A DNA stretch of 63,728 nt, filler included, from Folioceros fuciformis (Eukaryota), in assembly GCA_049999805.1 (NCBI GenBank). It is 8 parts of 8 records of this genome, joined end to end, with 100 filler letters (N's around TTAATTAATTAA, not from the genome) between each part and the next. Parts side by side here need not be neighbours in the genome. Positions count along the whole stretch, not along the records: positions 33,522 to 43,838 come from JBNGIO010005656.1; positions 43,939 to 51,062 come from JBNGIO010005657.1; 6 more parts are not named here. One strand, written 5' to 3'. Made by a program: the position numbers and the translations under genes. The notes under the pieces are model-generated. The model had not been told where the DNA came from, did no database searches, and worked only from the letters and a program-made list of their open reading frames with translations. This document shows positions 35,231 to 47,310 of the stretch, one piece after another. Positions within the stretch are counted from its first letter, which is position 1. Each line of letters starts with the position of its first letter.

Positions 35231-36238
35231 ATGCGGCTTAGTAGGGTTTTTCTTTTCTTTTCTTTTTTGTCATTTTTCTATTTGATTTTTACTAATTAGG
35301 TTAGTTGACCAGGAAATAGTTGCTGTGGTTAGTAGAGTGGTTATAGGTTTGGTACCAGGCCTAAGGAAACTTAGCTTTGGTACCATATCTTAGGTTTGGC
35401 TTAGTCTTAGGTCCGGGCATAGGTTTGGTTTTCAACCTGGTAATATTTCATTAATATGTAATTCACTTAATTCTTTTAGATAATATTAAATAATTGAATA
35501 ATTAAATACTAGTTTGAATAAGGTGGCTACCTCACAAAGGGAATCTATGCAAGTGAGGTGGTGTCTCACCATTAAGGGATAGGCTAGAAGCCAGCTAGGT
35601 CGGCTTGTAGGGCATAGCAGTAAGAGGAACATGAATACCAGCAATGAGGTAATGACGGTCTAGGTTGAGGAGTCAGAGCCCTGGCCATGGTGAGTTGTGG
35701 CATGGGACACCACCAAAACACAACACTGTGGAGACAATGGCCATGATGGTGCACTTGGTGGAGTGAGCCCAGCCAGATGCGAGATTGAGGGTACATTGGC
35801 GGCTATCCAAGCAAGGTTACGGGATTTGGGACTTTATGACAGAAAATCGCACAAGCAGAGATCAGCATGGGGCACTGGCTATCACATTGGGCTCTGTTAG
35901 CAAAGAGCAGAACTTGATCCTTAGGCTCTACTAGCTGAGAGCAGAACTCAATCCTTTGGTCTAGACGCAGGGGTGCTCGTGTGTCAGCTGCTGACCAAGA
36001 GAGGATGGGAGATTGAGCCATACAACAAGAGGCCTGGACACGAGCATGAGTTCCATAAACGTGAGTTGCTGGAGAGCGCATGCTAATGATCAACAAGTAG
36101 GATGTCATATCCGGCAGGAAGGCACTGCGAGCTGCCGATCGAGACCATTGCAGAGCTAGCTAAGGGCAATTGGGCTTGAACCAGTTGGGAATCGTGAGCA
36201 AAATTCTCGATCCTCTCGATCTTCATGGTATCAGAGCC

Positions 36239-36418
36239 ATGATGGACTCTGCCGGGCTTCCAATCATCTGCGCAACCTGCAACAGCGCAAATTGCGTCAA
36301 GAACTTGCCACATCAACAATTTTGCGCTGTAATTGCTACATTGAAGGCTGCGCTCACAACATTTGGAAGTATGGCAGACGTCTTCCTTGCTAGCGCTGTT
36401 GATCACTACTACTCGTGA
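36239..36418 (+). CDS. Copia leader ORF1, 59 aa
   Basis: MMDSAGLPIICATCNSANCVKNLPHQQFCAVIATLKAALTTFGSMADVFLASAVDHYYS*; homolog of 2041-2217. Confidence 0.75.
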   Translation: MMDSAGLPIICATCNSANCVKNLPHQQFCAVIATLKAALTTFGSMADVFLASAVDHYYS

Positions 36419-36428
36419 TCTCAGCGCT

Positions 36429-37070
36429 ATGCCGAGAGCTAGAAGCCAGAGAAACCCCCTGCCATCATACCCCTTTGCAGGCAGATCTGGTGAAACAATT
36501 GAATCACAGCATAGGAGACTGAACCATTTCTTCACGAATCACTATCAAGTCCTTGCATGCCCTACACACACACACAGCGTAGGTCTCATTAGGCAACATT
36601 CTCAGCCCAACCCCTTGCACAATTTACATCGTTAAGTTAGACAGCAAATCGCACACGCTCGTGACATTTCTGCACAAGCTGAATATCAACTGCAGGCACG
36701 TTCTAGTATTTGTAACACTTGTACTAGAGACCTTAATTCTTTTCCATGCCCGTCAGACAACTTGCTCATTGACATTTATGATCTTGTAAAATCTCAAACT
36801 GTCAAGGTTAGGTAGCACATCTCAGAGTTGACCCACAAGGTTCAAGCACAAAATAGACACATCACCTGCCTGTCACATCAGATCAATAATCTCTGCCTTG
36901 ACAAACCTACGTCTCTTCAAGGAAAGACAACTGTACCTGTTCATATCTCACCCGAAGAACAAAAACCGCAGTCAGATTTAGAGAAAATGATCAAAGTCAT
37001 GCGGGAGGCATTTGCTAAGGACTCTGAACACCTAACTGCACTGGAGGAAGAGGCCGGGAGACCACTCTGA
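36429..37070 (+). pseudogene. Copia leader ORF2, ~213 codons, two in-frame stops
   Basis: Single frame MPRARSQRNPLPSYPF..PNPLHNLHR*VRQQI..KVR*HISELTHK..PVHISPEE..LEKMIKV..LTALEEEAGRPL*. Confidence 0.72.
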
Positions 37071-38038
37071 GCAAGCGGCATATGTCAAGCAGTGGAAGAG
37101 CTCGAGGAAATCCAAATCCTTCACATAGAGCTCGTGGTCGAGGTAGGGGCAGAGGTTCGAGGTTATGGGAGAGGAATTCATTACGGTAGTGGTCCTTCCA
37201 TGCCTATAGACCCTCTCTCCCTTTATCAAACCCAGAGCCAACCAACCTCGTCCCAATCAAGTAACACTGTACCTACAAATTTGCACACTGCACAGGTTCA
37301 ACATGTTGCACAAGCTGGAGCAGTAGTTCAAAACACAGAAGCTGCACGTCTTGCACAAGCCACAAGGGCTGTGCATTAGCGGCACAAGTAGTGGGCACAA
37401 TGGCTGGTCAACAGCACAGTAGCACAGTTACCAACAACACTACTGTTCACAATCTCAAGATAGATTTCAAAGAACGTGACCAATTTTCAGGCACTCAATT
37501 TGACATATGGGGACTTAGGGTTCAGACTATCCTGAAGGACAATGATCTTTGGGGTGTTGTTTCCGGGACTATCCCTAAACCTACTGCTACTGCTCCACTT
37601 GCTGATAGAGAGGCATGGGCCAAACTAGATCTCTGTGCCCTAGGAGTCATACAATCAGCATTGGACGGTATAATGATGCACCATACTCGAGAGGCAAAAT
37701 CCACAAAGGCTGTTTGGGATGCACTTTCACAAGTCTACCAACTTGTTAATGGATCCTCACTTGTTAGTGCAACGTTGACATGACTTCTATAACTGTAAAA
37801 TGAGAGAGCATGACTATGTAGAGCAGCATATTATTAAATTCAGGACCTTGAGGTCCAAATTACCTCAAGTGGAACCAAGACCACGGAGATGCATGCTGCG
37901 GTGGCTCTGCTTCTCTCTCTTCCTAAAAGCTTCCGCACATTCGTCAGCAATTAGAGTTCAGCACTCCGGCAAGCAGCCCAAGCTGCACAAGTAGCTCAAC
38001 CAGGAAGCCAACCAGCTGTTACACTTTCAGATGGTATC

Positions 38039-38293
38039 TAAAGCTTGTAGGATCGAGAGAGCAGGCAAGCTAGATTAGAGAATAGGAGGATAGATTAAGG
38101 AAGAGCCGTGTGGCTCCTTAAATAGTCACGAGACCAACCGTTGTGGTGTCCCGTGGCCGTGAAAGTGCGTGACTGTTGTGTTTTGAGTCGGAACCCTTTA
38201 GTTGTGTCGATTGTAATCTACCCGTTTACTATCTGCCCTAAGTATTATGTAATTAAGTAATGCTGGATAAATAACTATTATTCTTAACCTTTA
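38039..38293 (-). repeat. 3' LTR of copia copy C (255 bp)
   Basis: Follows PPT AAGTGAGAG; TAAAG...CTTTA inverted termini; homologous to the LTR at 1793-2024. Confidence 0.8.
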
Positions 38294-41200
38294 CTCTCAC
38301 TTAGCCAACATTATGCTGACTAGGGTTTGTAACCATAGGTGAAAAAAAACGGCGCCGAGCTAGGTCACAGTCGATGGCGGCTTGCGCAAGGCTTTTCTCA
38401 CCTTACAGTTGGAGCTCTGTTCAGATGTTTGCCAAACTGCTTTGATAGGTTTATGTACGTCGGCTGTGACTTCACGAAAGATGGCCACCAGATACTTCGT
38501 TATGGTATGCTCCCTTGTGCTTACAATTGGTCCTCCCACTGCAGCCTTTGTAGGTAGATCCTTCTGACTGCATGCCTTTAATGTTCATGTGCAGAGCCTG
38601 GTGGCGTTGCACTACAAGGATGCCATCCAGAAGGTTCTATCCGGCTTGAGATGCTGCAGAGTGAGAGTCTGGTTACTAGCTAGGTGGACAGTGCAGGTTT
38701 CTTCTAGGACTCTGGGTCCTCCATTAACCCCATTGCAGCTGCAAATTTCTCATGCTTCTCTCTAGGAAGTGCTTTTGTGAGCAAGTCTGCAATATTGTCA
38801 TGTGTTGACACAAACTGTAGGTTAGCATGTCCATCAGTGATCACTTGTCGTATAAAATGGTGCTTGATGTCCATATGTTTTGTCCTGGCATGCATAAGAG
38901 GGTTTTGTGCTAGAGCTATCGCTGATTGGTTATCACTCAGAAGGAGTGTTGGTGCTTCCTGAGGTTCACCGAGAGATGCTAGCAATTCCCTGCCATGAAT
39001 GATATCTTGTGCTGCTGTAGTTGTAGAGATGTACTCTGCCTCTGTCAAGGACAGAGCTACCACTGACTACTTCTTTGAATGCCAAGCAATAATTTTGGAT
39101 TGTGATTCATCTTGTCCCAGCATTAAACAGTGTGCAAATATTGAGCGTCGGCTGTCAGAATCGGCTGCCCAGTTGGCGTCACAATAGCATGTAAGGAGCA
39201 GGCACTGTGGTCTTTGTTTGTACAGTAGGCCAAGATTAAGCGTACCTCCAAGATAAAGCATACACCGTTGAACAGCCGTCCAATGAGCTGCACCATAATT
39301 GGAGAGGAACTGTGAAGTCACCCCCACAGCATGTGAAAGCTCCGAGCGTGTCCAATTCTGGAAATAGATAAGTACTCCCACTGCTGGTCTGTAGGGTACT
39401 TTCTCCATTTGCATACGCTCCTTCTCAGTTTGTGGACACTGTTCCAGTGTAAGTTTTTCGCCCGTTGCCATGGGTGTTGCTGCAGGTTTTGCATTCTGCA
39501 TTCTGAACCGTGCTAGGACTTGGACAACAAATTGAGCCTGGTGTATAAAAATTGTGTGCTTGCTCAGGTTTTGACGGATCTGAATACCTAAGAACCAAGT
39601 AAGCTGCCCCAAATCCGTCATGGAAAACTCTGAAGTAAGGATACCCTTGACCTTATTCATTTGAGACGGACTACTGGATATTATTACTGCATCGTCTACG
39701 TATAAGGCCTGGTAGGCTACCCCATTCTTATCACAGAGTTGATAGACATTTGAGTCTGCACTACTTTGCACAAAACCACACTTCTGGAGGTACGTGTCTA
39801 TTCTTTTGTACCACTCTTGTGGTGACCGCTTTAAGCCATACATTGTTTTAATTAGTCTACATACCTTGTTTGGGTTCTTGGGGTCAACGTACCCCTCTGG
39901 TTGACGCATATAAATGGTTTCCTCTAGGTCTCCGTTGAGGAATGCAGTTTTAACGTCCATGTGCTGTAGAAGGTAATCGTGTTGAGCAGCAATTGCCAGC
40001 AGAGTGCGGATGGATGTTGCCCTGACCACTAGAGAAAAAGTCTCTTGGTAGTCAAGTCCTTCTACTTGGCTATATCCGCGTGCAACCAGTCTGGCTTTGT
40101 ATCGTGCAATAGTACCATCAGCAGCTTGTTTCAGTTTGAACACCCACTTGCAAGTCACTGCCTTCCGGCCAGGTGGTAAGTCCTCCAGAACCCAAGTTAT
40201 GTTGTCCATGATGGATTTGTACTCAGATTCTATTGCAGCATGCCACTTTTCCTTGTCGGGAGAGTTTATGGCTTCCTGATATGACTGGGGCTCTCCCAAG
40301 TCAAGAGGCATGTCTTCCTGTACCAAGAAACTCTGATATGTAAGTGGAGGCTGAATCCATTCATCCGGGGATGCTGCATGATGCCTTGAGCTGCGCCGAA
40401 GGACTGGCACTTCTTCAGGTACGTCCTCCTCCTGTGGTATAGGATCATCTGGAGATGAATCAGCATCTAATAGATTAGGCTGATGCTCACTAACCTCTTC
40501 AACTTCATCTTCAGGGAAGTCAGATGGTTCATCTTCACTGTCACTATCAGGGGGTACTACTGGTTGGGAGGACTTCTGAGTAGTAGTAAGATCGCCATCA
40601 TCACCTTGCTCAGCATCAGAAGGTTGAGACTGCATGTCTAACTGCGACTGTGTCAATGCAGGTGTAAGTAACAATCTCTTGTTAAACACTACACTGCGTG
40701 CATGAGTAGTTGTCCTAGTGACAGGATCTAGGAGTTTGTAGCCTTTAATGCCTTCAGTGTACCCTATGAACACAAACTTTCTTGCTTTGTAGTCTAACTT
40801 GACTCTTTGTTTTTCTGCAAGGTGTGCATATGCCGGGGAGCCGAAAATGCGTAAGTGATTGATACGGGGTTTGTCACTAGTCCAACGCTCAAAAGGTGTG
40901 CAGCGCGGGAAAGCCTTAGTGGGGAGCCGGTTCGTAATGTAGGCTGCAGTAGCAACGGCTTCACCCCAATAGCTTTGTGGGAGGCCAGCAACTTTCAGCA
41001 TGGACTTGGCTGCAGATTGCAGATGCTTGTTATTTATTTCAGCAAGCGGATTTTGTGAGGAAATATAAGGTATGGTCAGCTGCCTTTGGATTCCCAGCGC
41101 CTTGCAATAATCTTGAAAATCAGCTGAGATATACTCCCCGCCGTTGTCACTGCGCAGAGTTTTGAGTTGCTCTCCAGTTTGCCGTTGTGCAAACGAAACA

Positions 41201-43225
41201 TATTCTTTAAAACAGCCAAGCGTATGGCTCTTGTGTTTGAGGAAGTAGACAACCACATAGCGGCTCCAGTCATCAATAAAAGAGAGTATGTATAAGGCTC
41301 CACCCCAGGTAGCTGTGGACATAGGACTGCAAAGATCAGAATGAACAACCTCGAGAAGCTTGGTGGCTCGTGTAGGATTGTCATCCGTATAGGGGAGTCG
41401 CTGATGCTTCCCGAACACACATGCCTCACAGAATTACTTGTCCACAAACTGAAGCATGAATTTTTCTCTGTACAGAGTTGTGCTGGCCACCATTTGTTTG
41501 ATCTTCTCGAAATTAGCATGGCCTAGATAGCAATGCCACAGCATAGCTGCATCCTTGTCTTTCTGCTTGGTGTCCTGACTCATGTTGACTTGTGCACGTG
41601 TAGGAGGTAGACCTAGCTTAGAGGTGACATTAAGTTGATACAGGTCGTGGAATGGTGCCCCACTTGCTACTAACTTATTTTTATACTGTGGATCAGTGAC
41701 TGTACATTGTACCCCTGTAAAGGACACATTCAACAAATGCTGGGTAGTCAACTTGCGAACTGACACTAGGTTCTTCACCATTGAAGGTACGTGAAGAACA
41801 TCCTCTAAGACCAAGGTAGTTTTGTCAAATAGAGTGATAGAGACTAACCCTATCCCCTCTATTTGCATACCACTGTCATCTCCAAGCAATACGAATTGTC
41901 CAGGTGGCAATGGCTTGTACTCTATGAAAGACTTTTTGCAGTGACAAATGTGAGAAGACGCACCAGAATCTATAAACCATACATGCTTATTGGATGCGGT
42001 GGAGACCATGCATACAGCTAGTAGAGTGTTTGCCTTACGGTGTACCACATTGGATTCAGGTGGTGCCGATCTTCTGGCTTCGCCGGCCTTCTTCTTTCTG
42101 CAGTCGGCTTCCCAGTGTCCAGGAATGAGACACCAGTTGCAAGGCCCCTTCTTTTTAGCTAGAGCTTGAGGTGAACATTTCTTGTAAGTAGCGTTGTTGT
42201 TGTTTGGTGTCTAGGACTGCCTTGGTGGTTGTCTCCTGGGCCCCTTGTTTGCGTAGAGCGCCCTTGTGGATGACTCTCCTCGGGAGGAGGTGCCGCCTTG
42301 ATTGACAATTCTGGTGGACTCCTCCTCGAGAAGAGCTCCAATCACTTCAGATAATGTGACAGTAGGAGCCTGTCCTGCTGATGTATTCTGGGCTGCAACA
42401 CGCAGTGCAGAACTCAGGTTGCTTACAAAAGTCCGGTAGCTGGGAGGAAGAGAGAGAAGAAGAGCAACTGCCGCTTGCATCTCCGTGGTCTTTGTTCCGC
42501 TTGAGGTAAGCTTAGACCTCAGTTGTCTAAACTTCACCACATGTTGCTCGACTGATTCATGTTCACGCATCTTGCAGTTGTAGAATGCTCTTGTGGCGCC
42601 AACCATTGAAGAGCCATTGTTAACTTGATAGGTATGCGTGAGAGAGTCCCATGCTTCCTTGGTGGTAGCCACATCTTGTGTATGTGACATCATAGATCCA
42701 TCTAGTGCAGACTGGATAACAGCAAGAGCTCGAAGATCGAGCTTCTCCCAAGCCTCAATTGCAGTAGGAGTAGAAGTAGCAGCAGGAGGTTTGGGTACAG
42801 CACCAGTGACTACCCCCCACAGCCCATTTTCCTTGAGAATAGTTTGTACTCTAAGAGACCAGATGTCGAACTGAGTGCCAGAGAAGCTGTCCTCCTTAAA
42901 GTCTACTTTCAAGGTAGTGACAACAGGTACTTGATTGGCCATTGTATTGATTACTTGTGATGCAAGTGTTTGTGCGACCAATGCTGCTTGGTCTCTACGT
43001 GTATCTGCTAAGGCTTTCGCAAGACGTGCTCTTTGAATGGCAGCTAGTGTTGGATCTACAGTATCTGAACTACCTTGTGATGAGGACTGGGAATAAAGTG
43101 AGAGTGGATCTTCAGGTAATGTGTTAGATACAGGTATGACACCCCTGCCTGTGCCTCTGACTTTTCTAGTACCTTTCGGAACCTTACTTCCACGTCCTCG
43201 GGCGTTGTATGACATGTACAGGGGT

Positions 43226-43838
43226 TCACAAAGGTAGTGCAGCCTCAGCTTCAAGGGCTGCCAGCTGCTCCACGTGGCTTGGATAATATTTCTGAATAAC
43301 CTTGATCATCTTCATGATTGGTCGTTCTTCTTCTTCTTCTTGTCGAGATGTGAATTGGTGCACTTGTGATATGAACCGGTGCGAGTGAAGAAGACTCAGG
43401 TGCAGAATTTTTCAAGGATAACACTGTAAGATTCTTAATCTGTCCTGTCAGTGTTCTAATGTGAGTATTAATGTTGTTAATCTCATTGGACAGGTTTACG
43501 AATCGCTGCCACACCTGTGCAGCGTGAGTCGCAAGTAGATTGTGGACTTGAGCTGTCTGTGACCTAATCAAATGGAGCACCTCTATCAGCGACCTATCGG
43601 ACAGTGCGGGTGATGCTTCAGTCCTAGGATGTGCAAACTGACGTCTTCTTTGTTCAGAAAAATCGCGTGATTCGTGAAACCTTTGCCTAATCTGGCTTCT
43701 AGGTGAGACAGGAGAGTCAGATTTCTGGTGTCGCTAACAGGCTTGTGCTGTGTGACGCCTATACTAACTCTTCTTGACTTTGTGCGTGTGTAGAGGATAG
43801 AGATTGCAATGCGTGTCAAAGAAGCAATGCAGATTCTG
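43226..43838 (-). pseudogene. Copia leader ORF2 remnant of copy C
   Basis: RSQIRQRFHESRDFSEQ..LIRSQTAQV..HIRTLTGQIKNL..PVHITS, frameshift, then IMKMIKV..EQLAALEAEAALPL*. Confidence 0.72.
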
Positions 43839-44319
43839 NNNNNNNNNNNNNNNNNNNNNNNNNNNNNNNNNNNNNNNNNNNNTTAATTAATTAANNNNNN
43901 NNNNNNNNNNNNNNNNNNNNNNNNNNNNNNNNNNNNNNCCGAAGCCGCCCTGCAAGAATCGGAAACGAAGGATGTTCAGATCTACGCACAAACAGTTTCA
44001 CGTGATTGCAGTGTGCATGCGAGCAGTACTTCGTCTTCACTTCGTCTTCGTCTGCATTTGGTGATCTGGTCAGTTATACCTTAAATCGCCATCTTGACAA
44101 GTGAGAAAAACGGTTTTCAAGAAGTATGTAATCAGCTGCGACTTTTGTGTTTGACTGCGGTTTTGGGCATAGTTTAAAATCCTAGCTTCCTTGTGTGTAA
44201 GAGTGCTATGGAGAGCCATACGGCCATGGAAAAGGCTTTTCAGGGTTCAGTGCAAAGGTCTATCGTGGAAACCCTAAATGGGGTTCTTCCTTCTTTTTTT
44301 TTTTTGCCTTCTCTTGGTA

Positions 44320-44642
44320 TTCATTGATTGCAGAGAGTATCTGCCAACACTTATTCATTGATTGCAAACAGTATTAGCCAATGTAATCATTGCGAAGTTG
44401 ATTGCAAACATATTAGCCCATGCAATCATTGTAAAGTTGATTGCAAACGGTATTAGCCAATGCAATCATTGCGAAGTTGATTGCAAACAATATTAGCCAA
44501 TACAATCATTGCAAAGTTGATTGCAAACAGTATTAGCCAATGCAATCATTGCTTCGCGAAGAGTATTAACCAATGCAATCATTGCTTTGCAGAAGTATTA
44601 GCCAATGCAATCATTGCTTCACAAAGAGTATTGGCCAATGCA
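44320..44642. repeat. ~40-bp then ~30-bp tandem array
   Basis: TTGATTGCAAACAGTATTAGCCAATGCAATCATTGCGAAG units at ~44358, 44398, 44437, 44477, 44517, followed by shorter units. Confidence 0.92.
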
Positions 44643-46313
44643 GTCTTTCAAAAAGCAACAAATGTTAGTAATACAACAACTTCTTGGGCATCAATAGTAG
44701 GTAGACTTTTTGTTATTTTGGAATGATTCATGCAAGTCTTTTGACTTCTTTGGCACCAATCCGACTTCGGTAAATAATCTTTACTTGGGGATTTAAAACT
44801 TCTTTTTTTTTTGGATTCCTCTAGACAATTTATACTTCAAAACTGTGTCAAATAGATCCTTGTAGTCTCTAAACTTGGAGGCCTAAAGACATTTTAACTT
44901 AAAAAGGAAGGAATTATTTTTTCTTCTTCAAAAAAACCAAAAAAACAAATTACTCCCAAAACATGCACGTGGAATATTTTAAAGTAAGAGGAACATAAAA
45001 ATAGCGTGCAAGCTTGTAAACAACGATCCGAGTATAGTTGATGTTTAAGTTTCCATCGTTTAAAAATAAGATCATCACATGTCTTTGAAGAACTTCTACC
45101 GAAGGTGAAGACTTTATTGTATCATGTGAGTGATAGATAAAGTAATTCTTCACAACGTTTAAATTTTCCACCCCTATATCGTGGTAGGGATGGCATTGGT
45201 ACTTCTTCTTCAACCTACCTTGTTAACAAGCTCTTCAACTTGAGGGAATAGTGAATACCACCCTAACCCTTCAATAGGGACAAAACCCTAAACCTTTGAT
45301 ATCTTCCTTTTTCTTAGCACTTTCTACTTCTCCAAGTCTACCAGAAACTTTGAAGCCATTCATTCCTCTTGTTCCATTTACCTACCCAACCATAGCCGGC
45401 TAAATATCATACCTAGACTGCCACCCAATGGTAGTCCTTTATGAAAGAAACGAGCTTTCTCACATGGCAATTTGTCACACTTCTCTCTTTTGCCCTTTAA
45501 TCAATGTCTAGTGCATACAAGTATTGTGGCTATATCAAAGCACCAAAGCTCCTTCTATGGGTAGGAAGCATGCACACCATTCATCTTAACGTAGCACCAA
45601 AGCAAATGCTAAAAATGGGAAGCGTGCAAACCATTCATTTAGGGAGAGACTAGTGATTGATTGCTACTACTTCAATTTCATGGAACACCACTCATTTGAG
45701 GAGATGCTAGTAATTGCTACAACTTCAATTCCATGGAACGCCTGTCATTCGAGGTTCCCTTATGGGCTTGCACCATGTTTTGTGCTAAAATGTGAAACAT
45801 TTTGATCATATTTGTGGACAACTAATAATATTTTTTTAAATCCATGGAACCGCGGAGAATGTACCTTTTGAGAAGATCCCAATAACCAATTAGGGAATTC
45901 CCATTTATCCCATTGTCTACAGTAATAAGAAATGGGAGTAGGGCCAAAGGTCCCATTTAGTAAGGGCTGACTATAGAACCCTATGCACAACACATTTCCT
46001 TCAAGGGGGGTGTCCTGTTTTAGTTTCCTTAATTAATAGATTAAAAAGTTAATGATGTAAACATTAAAGTAAATCAAAAAAATTAATCAGTACATATTAG
46101 TTAGTGTAATTAAAGTAATTTTGTTCATAGTTGCTTAAAAGTGATCACTCTCTCTAATTATTGCTTAAAAGTGATCATTCTCTCTAATTATGACTAGAAA
46201 CTTGTATGATAAAGAAAACTAAAGATAAATAAAAAAAGGCTTATCTTATAGTCTTCTACCCACACCTATGCGTACATAATCATTAACAATACAAACGTTT
46301 TCGAAGCTTTGAG

Positions 46314-46410
46314 ATGATGATGCATCACTTTGAGATGATGACTCATCACTTTGACAAGATGACTCATTACTTTAACATTTAACATAATGACTCATCACTT
46401 TGAAATGATA
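46314..46410. repeat. ~21-bp degenerate tandem repeat
   Basis: GATGACTCATCACTTTGA-like units, about 4 copies. Confidence 0.75.
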
Positions 46411-46579
46411 ACAAGATATTTCCAATTATTGAAAAAAAAGATGGAAAGTCCCATTTCCTCCAAAGATCTGAGTAACAACTTGAACAAGGCCAAAGGCCAA
46501 AATGGGTACTAGCCCCTTCAAATATTATTCTCAAAAACTACCTACTGCTCCCAAAATGTCATGATGTGGAATAATAAAA

Positions 46580-47310
46580 GTCCTACCTACCACCTGTGCC
46601 AAAGAAGCCGTTTGAGCTACACTTGTTGCTGTTCTTAAAACCGCATTGGCCAATGCTCGTTGCAAAGCAATGGATACGCGTTATCAAAAAAAAGGCAACC
46701 ACAGAGCAAAGAGGGAGAACATCATTCCTATTACTCTAATAAACCTTGGCGCACTCCTTGATAAACCTTGAAAAGTCCTTACTCATAGCCCCATGTGTCT
46801 CGAGAGCAAGGAGATGAAAGTATGCCCGTTTTGCAGGGTAGAGTACTTATGGACTTTGGCACTTGCATAACCCTCTGCCGCCCAACCAGGGATTGATGAT
46901 GACGTGCTTGTAAATCGAATCCCTAGTTGGCTCCGTAACAACCACATAAGCAACACAAACATGTTCCCCTATTGAAAAAATAATGGGCTCTAAGTGAAAC
47001 CCCATTGCTTTTATACGCGAGAGGCTTAGAGACCCTTCAGCCCTTCCCTAGACAAGGAGGTGAAAGGAGATAGAGCCTTATGAGCCTCCAAACGTAGAGA
47101 ATCCCTGGCTTGCGTAAGAGATACCTACAAAGAAAAAACGTCATCTTCAATGCTTGAGATGAAACCTTTAACAAGAGGGAAATCTTGCAGCAAAAAAATG
47201 AATGCATAAGATGAGACCTTCAACAAAAGAGAATTCTTGCAAGCAAAAAACGAGAGGCCAAAATTAGAGCTGAGAGGCCAGAGAAAGGCAACTGAGGCAT
47301 AGGCTTCCAT
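46580..47310 (-). mobile_element. Decayed CRE-like non-LTR retrotransposon 3' end (restriction-like endonuclease region)
   Basis: Hand translation AAEGYASAKVHKYSTLQNGHTFI..ETHG..RVSIALQRALANAVL fits the RLE C-terminal pattern. Confidence 0.5.

Larger units (their letters stand above)
36226..38038 (+). mobile_element. Copia copy B, 5' internal part (PBS, ORF1, ORF2, gag), interrupted by copy C
   Basis: TGGTATCAGAGCC at 36226; gag from ATG 37082 (LKIDFKERDQFSGTQFDIWG) stops at VTLSDGI. Confidence 0.88.
38039..43838 (-). mobile_element. Copia copy C, near-complete; 5' end lost in gap
   Basis: ORF2 remnant, gag 43215-42211, CNWCLIPGHWEADC knuckle, PR WFIDSGAS, INT-RT 41418-39067, RH 39063-38704, PPT ~38294-38303, 3' LTR. 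Confidence 0.95.

Noticed and set aside
38304-38703. Env-like or antisense ORF in the copia 3' region
   Set aside because: Only short ORFs; weak nucleotide similarity to 990-1250 with no convincing conserved peptide
44320-44642. Palindromic repeats as a CRISPR array (also 27649-27805 and 53150-53245)
   Set aside because: No unique spacers, no cas genes, eukaryotic context
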